Origin: Minisyncoccota bacterium
GTDB taxonomy: Bacteria; Patescibacteriota; Minisyncoccia; Phycocordibacterales; VMEP01
DNA: 64,000 bases
Assembly: GCA_041661305.1 (NCBI GenBank)
Contig: JBAZUR010000001.1
Span: 33,591 to 97,590, forward strand
Direction: 5' to 3'
Made by a program: the position numbers and the translations under genes. The notes beneath the pieces are model-generated. The model saw only the letters and a list, made by a program, of their open reading frames with translations. It did no database searches and was not told where the DNA came from. Shown one piece after another: positions 40,186 through 50,223 of this stretch. The first letter of the stretch is position 1; each line of letters starts with the position of its first letter.

Positions 40186-40454
40186 AGATCCGGCAATTCC
40201 ACTAGAAAAATTTACCTAAAAAACAGAACAGAAATAGAAGTAGTATGAAAACGGAAAGGGCAGGGTATCTTGTTTTTGATACTCCTGCCCTTTTGGTGTG
40301 TAGGTCACCACCCTTAAAACATAGTCGGGTGGGATACGAACATCCTACCTTTGGCCTTAATCGCTGGGAGACCACCAGATTGCGAGCACTACCCGCGGCG
40401 TAAAGTGCGACTTTTGTATAATCCCGGGCGCCTTCCCGTGTTGCATCTTTAGCT

Positions 40455-40483
40455 ATTCTAGCTTAATTCGTTATTTTTGTCAA
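40455..40483 (-). promoter_or_regulatory. Sigma70-type promoter
   Basis: TTGACA-17 nt-TAGAAT. Confidence 0.7.
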
Positions 40484-40528
40484 TAGCTAAAATACCCTTT
40501 AAACAAAAGGTATTTTGGTGGTTAGTAT

Positions 40529-41776
40529 TTAAACCTCGTGGAAAAGTGCTTTTTTTCTTTCTTCAAAAAAGAGAACAAATGTTAACCACGCAAGAATGCT
40601 CATGGCGCCAGCTATTAAAATCGGAAGATTAATTGATATTGTCGCGGCAAACCCGGCGAGTATTGGAGGGAGGGCTTGGGCAAGGGATTGAATTGATTGA
40701 TTTATTCCCAAAATTTCACCTTGTGACTCTTTGTCGGCCAAATTGGAAACAATAGCGTTATAGTTTGGCATTGTGAGTCCATTCCAAATTGAAATAAATG
40801 GAATGATTAGATAAATATAAATTGCTTGGTCCGGTAAAAGTAAAAAAGGGAAAGTTAAACCAAGGAGAAGGGTTGAAAAACGGAGAATTTTTACTGGCGC
40901 AAATTTAAAGGAAAGTGGGCGCACGATAAGCCCTTGAGTTAGTGCTATGCATAGTCCCATGTACGCAAAAAGATTTCCGAGGTTGCTTTGAGTAAATTCA
41001 AATTTGTTTATAAGAAACACTTGGAAAAATTGAGTGAAAAATGCAAATCCAAACGATAAAAGAAAAATGACAATAAAAATAACGCGGAGGTTTTCCATAT
41101 GAAAAGCTTTTTCTATGTTTTTGAATCCGGTCAGAATAGATATTTTTCTGTGGATCCTTGTTTTTAGTGTTTCTTCAAATTGGAAATAAATTAGTATGAT
41201 GTTTAAGAACGTAAGTATTGAGGAGAATAAAAATGGCGTTGCGTAATTAAAAGAGCTGTAGACTAATGGGTCAGATAGCTTCCCGCCTAAAAACGGACCG
41301 ATAATAAATCCTAAACCGAGCATCATTCCTACAAGTCCGAAATTACGTACTTTGGTGCGCTCATCGCTTATGTCGGCAATGGCACTATAAGCAACAGATA
41401 AACTTCCTCCAGAAAACCCAGAAAGAATACGCCCGAGGAATATAACAGGAAGGCTGGCCGTTATTATTCCAATAGCTGTGAGTAAGTACCCTGCGAGCAT
41501 TCCACCAAGGGAAGCTAGAAAAATTGGCTTTCGGCCGATTCTATCTGATAGTCCACCCAAAATAGGAGAACCAAAAAATTGGGCAATTGGATAGCACGCA
41601 AGAAGAAAACCCAAAATTATGTTACGAAAGGCGACGCCGTATGAAGGGGGGAGAATCCCCGTTTGGTGCATATCAAGAAGTAATGGGGCGAAAATTGGGA
41701 TGACAATACCAAAGCCGACCAAGTCGATAAAGACAATAGTGATTATGGGTAGTAGGGGGTTTTTTCTAGCGAGCAT
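40529..41776 (-). CDS. MFS transporter (TetA/DHA1-like)
   Basis: GGLSDRIGRK motif A, GFIIGPFLGG motif C, 12 TMs. Confidence 0.92.
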   Translation of the reverse strand: MLARKNPLLPIITIVFIDLVGFGIVIPIFAPLLLDMHQTGILPPSYGVAFRNIILGFLLACYPIAQFFGSPILGGLSDRIGRKPIFLASLGGMLAGYLLTAIGIITASLPVIFLGRILSGFSGGSLSVAYSAIADISDERTKVRNFGLVGMMLGLGFIIGPFLGGKLSDPLVYSSFNYATPFLFSSILTFLNIILIYFQFEETLKTRIHRKISILTGFKNIEKAFHMENLRVIFIVIFLLSFGFAFFTQFFQVFLINKFEFTQSNLGNLFAYMGLCIALTQGLIVRPLSFKFAPVKILRFSTLLLGLTFPFLLLPDQAIYIYLIIPFISIWNGLTMPNYNAIVSNLADKESQGEILGINQSIQSLAQALPPILAGFAATISINLPILIAGAMSILAWLTFVLFFEERKKALFHEV

Positions 41777-41811
41777 AAAAATTGGAAAGACTCTTTGTGT
41801 TTAATTATCCC

Positions 41812-41946
41812 AAAATACTCTTGAAAAACATTGCGCAGCGTGACGACGCGAGCATAGTTGATTCAGCTGGAATCATATCGCGCAATCGTCCATTTAAGCG
41901 CGATTTTCTTCAGCAGAAAATTATACGTGTTTTGAAAGAGTATTTT
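41812..41946. repeat. Intergenic palindromic repeat, family 2 copy 2
   Basis: aaaatactcttgaaaaacattgcgcagcgtgacgacgcgagcatag...cagcagaaaattatacgtgttttgaaagagtatttt. Confidence 0.75.
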
Positions 41947-41992
41947 AAAAAGACTTCAAACCAACCAAAATATTTGGTATAGTCATTGGAAT

Positions 41993-42625
41993 ATGATTAT
42001 TACACACTACGGCAAACAATTTTTCAAGGTTCAGCTCGGAGATACGACGCTTGCTTTCAATCCAATTTCAAAAGATTCAAAAGTAAGGGCTGCGCGTTTT
42101 GGCGCTGATGTTGCACTTTCTTCTATTAATCACCCCGACTATAACGGGGTTGATACTGTTGTGTATGGAGAAAAAGAGCCACTCGCAATTACAGGACCAG
42201 GAGAATACGAAACGCGCGGAGTTTTTATAAAGGGAATTCCCACAGAAGTAACTATTGGAGGAAAAAAATACATTAATACAATTTATCTTTTTGAACTCGA
42301 CAATATAAAAATTTGTTTTCTTGGCGCATATGCAGGGAAACAATTACCAGCGGTGACGAACGAAGCAATCGAAGAGATTGATATACTTTTTGTTGCGATT
42401 GATGGAAATGAGCGAGTAACACCAGCAGATGCATATGCTTTGGCTATTTCTCTTGAACCAAAAATTATTATTCCGATGGATTACGATGAAAATACAAAAG
42501 CCCTCAAAACATTTTTAAAAGAAGGGGACGCAGAAGAGGTGAAAGGTCTCGATAAGTACACAGTTAAGAGGAAAGATTTAGAGGGGTGCGCAGGGGATAT
42601 TGTTGTTTTAGATTCACAATCATAA
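41993..42625 (+). CDS. Metallo-beta-lactamase-fold protein (Lactamase_B_3-like, degenerate metal site)
   Basis: GPGEYE and IIIPMDY; HPDY in place of the His motif. Confidence 0.8.
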   Translation: MIITHYGKQFFKVQLGDTTLAFNPISKDSKVRAARFGADVALSSINHPDYNGVDTVVYGEKEPLAITGPGEYETRGVFIKGIPTEVTIGGKKYINTIYLFELDNIKICFLGAYAGKQLPAVTNEAIEEIDILFVAIDGNERVTPADAYALAISLEPKIIIPMDYDENTKALKTFLKEGDAEEVKGLDKYTVKRKDLEGCAGDIVVLDSQS

Positions 42626-42627
42626 AC

Positions 42628-42900
42628 ATGCAAGAATTAGAAAAATTTTTAGCAGATCTCCGAACAAAACCACTACACGTTAGAAAGACGATTTTAGTTG
42701 TTACCACATCGGTAATTACACTTTTTGTTGCGATTACTTGGGGGTATTCATTTCAAGGGAAGTTGGCACAGCTAAATGGAGAGAGGGTAATTGCAGCGAC
42801 AGCCGCTGCGCCAACTGTACTTATTGGAAAAGAAGCCTCTAGTTTTTGGGGTGGAGTTTCTGGTTTAGTTTCAGAATTAAAACATCAATTATCGTTTTAA
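42628..42900 (+). CDS. Hypothetical single-TM protein
   Basis: ORF overlapping or adjacent in an operon upstream of gyrA. Confidence 0.65.
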   Translation: MQELEKFLADLRTKPLHVRKTILVVTTSVITLFVAITWGYSFQGKLAQLNGERVIAATAAAPTVLIGKEASSFWGGVSGLVSELKHQLSF

Positions 42901-42947
42901 AACTGCTTTCAAAATCAGCTCATTTGTGCTAGAATATCCGAAATAAT

Positions 42948-45407
42948 ATGGCTAAAGAGAAGGATTTGGAAATAAAAGAGGAACGAAAAGACGGGGTAGT
43001 GCCCGTCAATATTAGTTCTGAAATGAAGGAGTCATACCTCGACTATGCGATGTCGGTTATTACCCAGCGCGCTCTTCCTGATGTCCGCGACGGATTGAAG
43101 CCGGTGCATCGCCGTATCCTTTATGCGATGAACGAGATGGGACTTAATTCGTCTGCAAAATTTAGAAAATCAGCTGCAGTTGTTGGAGATGTTTTGGGAA
43201 AGTATCACCCGCACGGAGACGTGGCTGTTTATGACACCATGGTCAAAATGGCTCAAACTTTCTCCTATCGCTACCCACTTATTTTAGGTCAAGGAAACTT
43301 TGGTTCAATCGATGGTGACTCTGCTGCAGCAATGCGTTATACCGAAGCAAAAATGTCTCGTCTTTCCGGCGATCTTCTAAATGACATTGATAAAAATACT
43401 GTTGATTTTCGTCCAAACTATGATGGTTCAAGAAAAGAACCGATTGTATTACCAGCAGCAATGCCAAATCTTGTTTTAAACGGAACGCTTGGAATTGCTG
43501 TCGGTATGGCCACGAACATTCCCCCACACAATATTAGTGAGGTTATTGATGCCTGCGTCACTCTTATAGATAAAGATGATGTGACAAACGAGGATATTTT
43601 AATGCACATCAAAGGTCCAGATTTTCCTACTGGAGGAATGATTTTTGCTGACAAAGAAATGCGTCACGCATATGCGTCTGGTCGTGGTGGTGTCGTTTGT
43701 CGCGGTGAGGCAGAAATTTTGGAAACAAAACAGGACCAGTTTCAAATTATAATCACCTCCATTCCTTACCGCGTGAACAAAAGCGAGCTTATTGTTCATA
43801 TTGCAGATCTTGTTCGCGACAAAAAACTAGAGGGTATTAAAGACATTAGAGACGAATCAACAAGAGATATTCGTGTTGTTATCGATTTGAAAAACGGCAT
43901 TCATCCTCAGAAGGTTTTGAACTATATCTATAAGCATTCAGAGCTTGAGACAACTTTCCACTTCAATACCCTTGCTCTCCTCGACGGTGTTCCACAAACA
44001 CTTTCATTTAAGTCTATGCTCGAAGCATTTTTGGCTCATAGGCAAGTTGTTATAAGGCGCCGAACACAATTTGATTTGGACAAAGCCCTTGAACGTGAGC
44101 ATATTTTGATTGGTTTGAAGAAAGCACTCGATCATATTGAGGCGATTATTAAGACGATCAAAAAATCAAAAGATACTCCGACTGCTCAACTCAATTTGAT
44201 GAAGGAGTTTAAATTCTCTGATAGGCAAGCGAATGCAATTCTTGAGATGCGTTTGCAAAAACTCGCCGGGCTTGAGCGCAAAAATATTGAACTTGAATTA
44301 GAAGAAAAGCAAAAGCTAATCAAAGAGTTGAAAACACTTTTGGCTAGTGAGAAAAAAATACTTGATTTGATTAAGACAGAAATGCTTGAAATTAAAGCAA
44401 AGTATGGAGATGCTCGTCGCACAAAAGTTGTCCGTGGTGGAGTAAAGGAAATTTCTGACGAAGATTTGGTTGAAGACAAAGAGTCTGCGCTTGTGTTTAC
44501 GCAAGGCGGATATGTTAAGCGTACCGACCCAGCAGAGTATCGTGTTCAAAAACGTGGAGGAGTTGGTGTTGTTGATTTAAATACAAAAGAAGAAGACATT
44601 GTTTCGCTGTTGATTACAACATCAACGCATAGCGACCTTTTGTTCTTTACAGACAAAGGGAAGGCATACCAAATGAAAATGTATGATATTCCAGAGGGAA
44701 GACGCGCAACTCGCGGAAAATCAATTATGAATTTCCTATCGCTTTCTGCGGAAGAAAATGTCACCTCGATTTTGCCGATGCCAAAATCACTTAAGGATGA
44801 AAAAATGTCACTCGCAATGCTTACCAAGAACGGAACTATCAAAAAGGTTTCCGCGGATAGTTTCAAAGATGTTCGAAGAAGTGGGCTTATTGCTATCAAA
44901 CTTGAACAAGGAGACGAGCTTCTCTCAGCTTTCTTTGCGCGTAAAGGAGATAGTATTATTCTTGCAACCAAAAAAGGACAATCAATTCGCTTTGAGGAGT
45001 CTGATGTGCGTGAGATGGGACGAGCTGCAGGTGGGGTGCGCGGAGTGAAGCTTGGAAAAGGGGACGCTGTTGTTGGTGCAGATGTTGTGCGCCCTGATTT
45101 TAAGAACCCAAACATGCTCGTGATGATGGAAAATGGTTATGGAAAGCGTACTCCAATGAAAGAATATAAAATACAAAAACGTGGTGGTTCAGGAATGAAG
45201 ACAGCAAAAACTACCCCAAAAACAGGTAACGTCATCGCGGCCAAAATAGTGACCGACGAGCTTACACAAGTTATCGCGATGTCTAAGAAGAGTCAGGTTG
45301 TGAAAGTTGACCTCTCAACCATTCCTGTTTTGGGACGCGCTACTCAAGGTGTGCGCATTATGAAGCCAAGAGAGGGGGATAGTTTAGCTTCACTTACTTG
45401 TCTTTAA
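42948..45407 (+). CDS. gyrA: DNA gyrase subunit A
   Basis: [28 protein letters not shown], GyrA-box QKRGGVG. Confidence 0.98.
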   Translation: MAKEKDLEIKEERKDGVVPVNISSEMKESYLDYAMSVITQRALPDVRDGLKPVHRRILYAMNEMGLNSSAKFRKSAAVVGDVLGKYHPHGDVAVYDTMVKMAQTFSYRYPLILGQGNFGSIDGDSAAAMRYTEAKMSRLSGDLLNDIDKNTVDFRPNYDGSRKEPIVLPAAMPNLVLNGTLGIAVGMATNIPPHNISEVIDACVTLIDKDDVTNEDILMHIKGPDFPTGGMIFADKEMRHAYASGRGGVVCRGEAEILETKQDQFQIIITSIPYRVNKSELIVHIADLVRDKKLEGIKDIRDESTRDIRVVIDLKNGIHPQKVLNYIYKHSELETTFHFNTLALLDGVPQTLSFKSMLEAFLAHRQVVIRRRTQFDLDKALEREHILIGLKKALDHIEAIIKTIKKSKDTPTAQLNLMKEFKFSDRQANAILEMRLQKLAGLERKNIELELEEKQKLIKELKTLLASEKKILDLIKTEMLEIKAKYGDARRTKVVRGGVKEISDEDLVEDKESALVFTQGGYVKRTDPAEYRVQKRGGVGVVDLNTKEEDIVSLLITTSTHSDLLFFTDKGKAYQMKMYDIPEGRRATRGKSIMNFLSLSAEENVTSILPMPKSLKDEKMSLAMLTKNGTIKKVSADSFKDVRRSGLIAIKLEQGDELLSAFFARKGDSIILATKKGQSIRFEESDVREMGRAAGGVRGVKLGKGDAVVGADVVRPDFKNPNMLVMMENGYGKRTPMKEYKIQKRGGSGMKTAKTTPKTGNVIAAKIVTDELTQVIAMSKKSQVVKVDLSTIPVLGRATQGVRIMKPREGDSLASLTCL

Positions 45408-45452
45408 TCTAATTCTGTTTTTTTGTTGGTATTTTTTTTCTTTATCATTCCG

Positions 45453-45539
45453 TTTTTATTTTTAAAAACATTACGGAGCGCGACGGCGCGAGTATAGCAA
45501 TCCGCCAGCAGGCGGATATGCGTGTTTTTGGAAATAAAA
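45453..45539. repeat. Intergenic palindromic repeat, family 2 copy 3
   Basis: aaaaacattacggagcgcgacggcgcgagtatagcaatccgccagcaggcggatatgcgtgttttt. Confidence 0.75.
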
Positions 45540-45617
45540 GCAAAATTTATATAAGCAAGGTATACACAAAAGCTTGCTCTATGGTCTAATAACTTTTATA
45601 ATTTAAGCAAGTAATTT

Positions 45618-46151
45618 ATGGCTTTTTTAGTTCCTAATGAAATTGTAAAAAATCTTTCTATTGAAGAGGGGATGGTTATTGCCGACATCGGCGCAGGCTC
45701 TGGTTCGTTTGTAATTCCACTCGCATATTTTGTAGGGAATACTGGGCACGTCTATGCAATTGATATAAATAAAGAAGTTTTGGTTAAGGTAAAAAAGGAC
45801 GCGGCTTCTGCTCAGCTTTCTAATATAGAGATTATTTGGGGCGATGCGGAGAAGTCTGGTGGAACAAAATTGGCCGATAGCTCTGTTGATTTTGTTATTA
45901 TTTCAAACATTCTTTTTCAGACTGAAAATAAGAAAGGTTTGGTTGAAGAAGTTAGACGTATTTTAAAGATGAAGGGGAAGGTTGCTGTTATAGATTGGAC
46001 CGGTTCTTTTGGTGGGCTTGGACCAAAAGAGAACACTGTCTTTTCGCTTGCTAATGCACAGAAACTTTTTACTGATTTTTCATTTGCAGAGTATAATAAA
46101 TTCGATGCCGGTGATTACCACTACGGTATTACTTTTGTAAAAAATAAATGA
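45618..46151 (+). CDS. Class I SAM-dependent methyltransferase
   Basis: IADIGAGSG motif. Confidence 0.88.
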   Translation: MAFLVPNEIVKNLSIEEGMVIADIGAGSGSFVIPLAYFVGNTGHVYAIDINKEVLVKVKKDAASAQLSNIEIIWGDAEKSGGTKLADSSVDFVIISNILFQTENKKGLVEEVRRILKMKGKVAVIDWTGSFGGLGPKENTVFSLANAQKLFTDFSFAEYNKFDAGDYHYGITFVKNK

Positions 46152-47452
46152 AACCATTTCAGATTATTGTTCTTGCGATATTTTCCGTTTTTTTAATAAT
46201 TGGGGTTCTTATTTTTTCTGGGATTATAAAACTTCCAGGAAGTGGAGAGAATAATGGTGTTTCAGGGGAAGTTGTTATTTGGGGGACTTTACCAACTTCG
46301 TATTTTGATAAAATATTTAGTGATTTTAATCAAAGTCACCAAAAAGAATCATTTTCTGTTCGCTATATTGAAAAAGATCAGAGTACTTTTGATAGTAACT
46401 TAGTTGAGTCAATTGCCGCTGGTGTTGGCCCAGACCTTGTTTTTTTACCGCAGGATCTTTTTTTGCGCCACTCAAGCAAGATCTACCCTCTTTCCTTACA
46501 GACAGTCTCAGAGAGAGATTTTAAAAATACTTTCATTGAGGAAGGGGAACTATTTTTCTTTAATGGAAACGCTCTCGCAATACCATTCACTATTGACCCG
46601 ATGATGTTGTATTGGAATCGCGACTATTTTTCTGCGGCAGGTTTTTCAAAGCCACCACAATATTGGGAAGAATTTTTTTCAATGATTCCACAGCTCACCT
46701 CTAAAGATGGCGCTACAAATATAATAAAAAGTGGAGTTGCTTTTGGCGAATCAAAAAATATTTCAAACGCTAAGGATATTCTTGCGATGCTCATAATGCA
46801 GGCTGGAAGCAATATTGTTTCCTACTCTCCTTCAAAAGGAGTGGAAGTGTCTTTGAGTCAGAACAATACGAGCGGTATTCAGGCTGGTGAGGCAGCCCTA
46901 CAGTTTTATTCAGAGTTCTCTGATCCAGTTAAGGAGCATTACTCTTGGAATAAATCCCTACCTTCTTCTAGGAGTATGTTTTTGGCGGGCGATTTGGCAA
47001 TGTATTTTGGATACGCAAGCGAGATTTCAGATTTACGAGCACGAAATCCACATTTAAATTTTGATATCGCAATGGTTCCACAAACAAAAGGGGCTAGTAA
47101 AAAAACAACGTTTGGAAAAATGCACGGCCTCGCAACACTCAAAAGCTCAAAGAATTTGGCGACAGCTCTTTACATCGAAGTTCTGTTGTCCCAACCTGAT
47201 TTTATGAAAAACATCCCAACATATTCATATCTACCGCCAACACGTCGTGACTTGCTACAAGTTCGCCCTTCTGATCCATACCTTTCAATTTTTTATGACG
47301 CAGCCATTATTTCCAGAGCTTGGCTTGACCCGGCTCCTAAAGAAACCAGTATTATTTTTGCTAACATGATTGATAATGTTGTTTCTGGAAGATTTAGACC
47401 ACAAGAAGCTGTGGCAGACACCGCGTCACAATTAGAAAGATTGATTAAATAA
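46148..47452 (+). CDS. Extracellular solute-binding protein (family 1)
   Basis: TM anchor; GPDL, LYWNRD, PPQYWEEF, FLAGDLAM. Confidence 0.85.
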   Translation: MKPFQIIVLAIFSVFLIIGVLIFSGIIKLPGSGENNGVSGEVVIWGTLPTSYFDKIFSDFNQSHQKESFSVRYIEKDQSTFDSNLVESIAAGVGPDLVFLPQDLFLRHSSKIYPLSLQTVSERDFKNTFIEEGELFFFNGNALAIPFTIDPMMLYWNRDYFSAAGFSKPPQYWEEFFSMIPQLTSKDGATNIIKSGVAFGESKNISNAKDILAMLIMQAGSNIVSYSPSKGVEVSLSQNNTSGIQAGEAALQFYSEFSDPVKEHYSWNKSLPSSRSMFLAGDLAMYFGYASEISDLRARNPHLNFDIAMVPQTKGASKKTTFGKMHGLATLKSSKNLATALYIEVLLSQPDFMKNIPTYSYLPPTRRDLLQVRPSDPYLSIFYDAAIISRAWLDPAPKETSIIFANMIDNVVSGRFRPQEAVADTASQLERLIK

Positions 47453-47455
47453 AAT

Positions 47456-47857
47456 ATGAATTTTAATAAAAAATTTTTAGTAGCGAGAAAGGTTGGAATT
47501 TTTGTTTTAACAGCAATTATAATTTTGTCGCCAGTTGTTGTTTCTTCAGCGGGACTAGTTCCTTGTGGGGGAAACGGTGAGGCGCAGTGTGGCTACAAGG
47601 ACCTTATTATAATGGGGGGTAAAATTATTAATTTTCTAATTGAGACCTCAGTAGTTATTGCTTTACTTCTGTTCACTTACGCTGGTTTTCTCCTCGCCTT
47701 TAGTGGTGGGGATACTGGGGCAATGTCAAAAGCTAGAGCAATATTTTGGAATGTAGTGAAGGGTTTAGTTATCGCTCTTGCGGCTTGGTTAATTATAGAC
47801 ACGATTTTGAGCGTGTTGCTTAAAGGGGATGGTTTTAGGCAATATGTTCCACTTTAG
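47456..47857 (+). CDS. VirB2/TrbC-like pilin
   Basis: Signal peptide, GLVPCG..C, two TMs separated by KARAIFWN. Confidence 0.75.
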   Translation: MNFNKKFLVARKVGIFVLTAIIILSPVVVSSAGLVPCGGNGEAQCGYKDLIIMGGKIINFLIETSVVIALLLFTYAGFLLAFSGGDTGAMSKARAIFWNVVKGLVIALAAWLIIDTILSVLLKGDGFRQYVPL

Positions 47858-47917
47858 ATTTTTGCTGTATAATTATTTTATAATTATTTTATAATTAATT
47901 TACTAAAGAAAGTTTCA

Positions 47918-48316
47918 ATGAAAAAAAATAAAGTAAAAAGAATTTCTGCTTTGGTCGCGACAAATCTAACTATCTTTTTATTTTTATTACTTCCATTTTT
48001 CACAATTGTTTCGGCGCAACAGATTCCACTACAGGGAACTACTCCAAAACTTCAAAACCCACTCGGGAGTAGCAATAATAGCCTTACTGCTTTTGCCAAC
48101 TCTATCGTAGACGCAGTGGTGACGGTCGGTCTCCCGATTGCCGCCTTGATGATTGTCTACTCCGGTTTTCTTTTTGTTAAAGCTCGCGGAAACCCCTCTG
48201 AGCTTGAAGTTGCAAAAAGAGCGTTTTTTTACGCGCTTGTAGGTATCGCTATAATTTTGGGGGCAAAAGTTTTGTCGGAAGTCATAAAAGGGACGATTGA
48301 TGTTTTAAGGAGCTAA
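47918..48316 (+). CDS. VirB2/TrbC-like pilin
   Basis: LQNPL; IVYSGFLFVKARGNP..AK..ALVG. Confidence 0.78.
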   Translation: MKKNKVKRISALVATNLTIFLFLLLPFFTIVSAQQIPLQGTTPKLQNPLGSSNNSLTAFANSIVDAVVTVGLPIAALMIVYSGFLFVKARGNPSELEVAKRAFFYALVGIAIILGAKVLSEVIKGTIDVLRS

Positions 48317-48329
48317 TTAATAAATAATT

Positions 48330-48719
48330 ATGAAAAAAATGAAAAAAGGAAAGTTTGCGGTTTTAGGATTAGCTAGTTTAATGGTGTTCCCAGTGGTTGC
48401 GCATGGCATCTCAGATTTCGCGGGTCTTGTAAATTTTATTACTGACACAATAATCATGTCGCTTATTAAACTGATTGGTGCACTTGCGACACTATTTTTC
48501 TTGTGGGGTGTAATGAAATTCATAAAGGATGCAGATAATCCAGCAAAGAGAGCCGAAGGACAACAATTCATTCTTTATGGTCTTATAGGACTTTTTGTTA
48601 TGGTCTCTTTTTACGGAATTGTTCGAATTCTTGAGAATACATTTCAACTACCAACAAACAACACTTCTGTAGGAAGTTCCTATCCAGCAGGTAAAACTGG
48701 GTCAAGCTACTCGCTATAG
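48330..48719 (+). CDS. VirB2/TrbC-like pilin
   Basis: FFLWGVMKFI...G...YGLIGLFVMVS. Confidence 0.75.
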   Translation: MKKMKKGKFAVLGLASLMVFPVVAHGISDFAGLVNFITDTIIMSLIKLIGALATLFFLWGVMKFIKDADNPAKRAEGQQFILYGLIGLFVMVSFYGIVRILENTFQLPTNNTSVGSSYPAGKTGSSYSL

Positions 48720-48884
48720 TCGTTGAGTGTTTTAGGACTAAGGAAACTTTTGTTGATAGCGTTTAATCCCTCCTAAAAAACAACATTATCCCCAGACTTG
48801 TCGAAAAACCCTTTGTCTTGTGTTAAAATACATTGAGCTTAATAAAGTCGTTTAGTTTAGCATTAATTTAAAAATATATTACGT

Positions 48885-49319
48885 ATGAAAAAAGTAGTCA
48901 CAGCCATAGCAGCCGCAGGTTTGCCTGTAATCGCTCTCGCTCAAACAGTTGATGCGATTTTTGTGAAAATCATGACCCTCATCAATTATCTAACGATCAT
49001 TGTTGTGGCATTGTCTGTTTTGGCATTTTTCTGGGGTTTGTTTAAGTTCATTACTAACGCAGGGGAAGAGAAAGATGAAGGACGTCACATAATGATCTGG
49101 GGTATCCTCGCTCTCTTTGTGATGCTTTCAGTTTGGGGTCTTGTTGGCGTTGTTGGTAATACTTTCGGTATTCAACAAGGAGGTGCAGTGAATATTCCTG
49201 GAATTTCTGGCACATATGGTGGAATTAACACGGGTGGAGTCAATACTGGAGGAGTTAACACTGGCGGTGTTTCAGGTGGAATTAATGTTTCAGGTGGAAT
49301 TAATATTCCAATTCGTTAA
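48885..49319 (+). CDS. VirB2/TrbC-like pilin with Gly-rich repeat tail
   Basis: FFWGLFKFI...WGILALFVMLSVWG; GG(I/V)N repeats. Confidence 0.75.
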   Translation: MKKVVTAIAAAGLPVIALAQTVDAIFVKIMTLINYLTIIVVALSVLAFFWGLFKFITNAGEEKDEGRHIMIWGILALFVMLSVWGLVGVVGNTFGIQQGGAVNIPGISGTYGGINTGGVNTGGVNTGGVSGGINVSGGINIPIR

Positions 49320-49373
49320 TAAATCTTAAGATATAAAACGCGCCACTTTTAGGCGCGTTTTTGTCACTCTAAT

Positions 49374-49652
49374 ATGATTGCTGAAGCTGCAACACAATTA
49401 CAAAACGGAGCAGATAGCCTTGTTCAAAAACTAGTGGTTAATATCATTAACCCAATTACTGGGCTTCTTGGTGCTCTTGCAATAGCTTTTTTCCTTTTTG
49501 GTGTTCTTCAATTCATAATCAATTCTGATAACGAAGATGGTATAGAACGAGCTAAGAAATATATGATGTGGGGATTAATCGGTTTGTTTATCATGGTGAG
49601 CGCCTGGGGCGTTATAGGCCTAATTCAGGGTACTATTAGTTCTGCTAGATAA
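49374..49652 (+). CDS. VirB2/TrbC-like pilin
   Basis: FFLFGVLQFI...AK..MWGLIGLFIMVSAWG. Confidence 0.75.
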   Translation: MIAEAATQLQNGADSLVQKLVVNIINPITGLLGALAIAFFLFGVLQFIINSDNEDGIERAKKYMMWGLIGLFIMVSAWGVIGLIQGTISSAR

Positions 49653-49764
49653 AAGTTTTGTGCTCATAAAAACAACTCCGATTTTCATCGGAGTTGTTTT
49701 GTTTTGTATAAAAAGAAAGGGCGGACGCATTGCTGCGTCCGCCCGTATTGCCACAAGAAACTCT

Positions 49765-50223
49765 TCAGCTCCTGAGGCGCATTTTCACCGGCTGCTTCTC
49801 GCCGTCGTCGAGGAGGAGACAGATTCTCGATCCCGCTTCAAAGCTACGCACAGGGGCCCGTTGATTTGGACCAATGCGCATCACCTCTCCGTCGGGATAG
49901 AAAACCTTTATGTTGCCACCCTTTCCGACAGCCGCCAGTATTGAATCACCGGCAGGAATCGTCACGCACGCTGGCGAGTTGGCGGTGACCAAGAAAAACA
50001 TCTCTGTTCCACCACCGGTCCGTCCCTGCGCTTTCCCCGCCACCGTAACACTCTCAGTTTCAGTTCGATACTTCTCGATGTAGCCGTTTGTGACGGAGTA
50101 GAAGGCGTAGAGGAATATCGGGATGGATACCCACCAGAACGCCTTCGGGATCAGAGATATTGGTTTTTGGCTTAACCCCACTATCTCCGGCTCTTTCATA
50201 CGACCAATGTGCTCTTCGCTCAT
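49765..50223 (-). CDS. Hypothetical single-TM protein (GC-rich)
   Basis: ATGA overlap with the upstream SPFH gene. Confidence 0.65.
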   Translation of the reverse strand: MSEEHIGRMKEPEIVGLSQKPISLIPKAFWWVSIPIFLYAFYSVTNGYIEKYRTETESVTVAGKAQGRTGGGTEMFFLVTANSPACVTIPAGDSILAAVGKGGNIKVFYPDGEVMRIGPNQRAPVRSFEAGSRICLLLDDGEKQPVKMRLRS

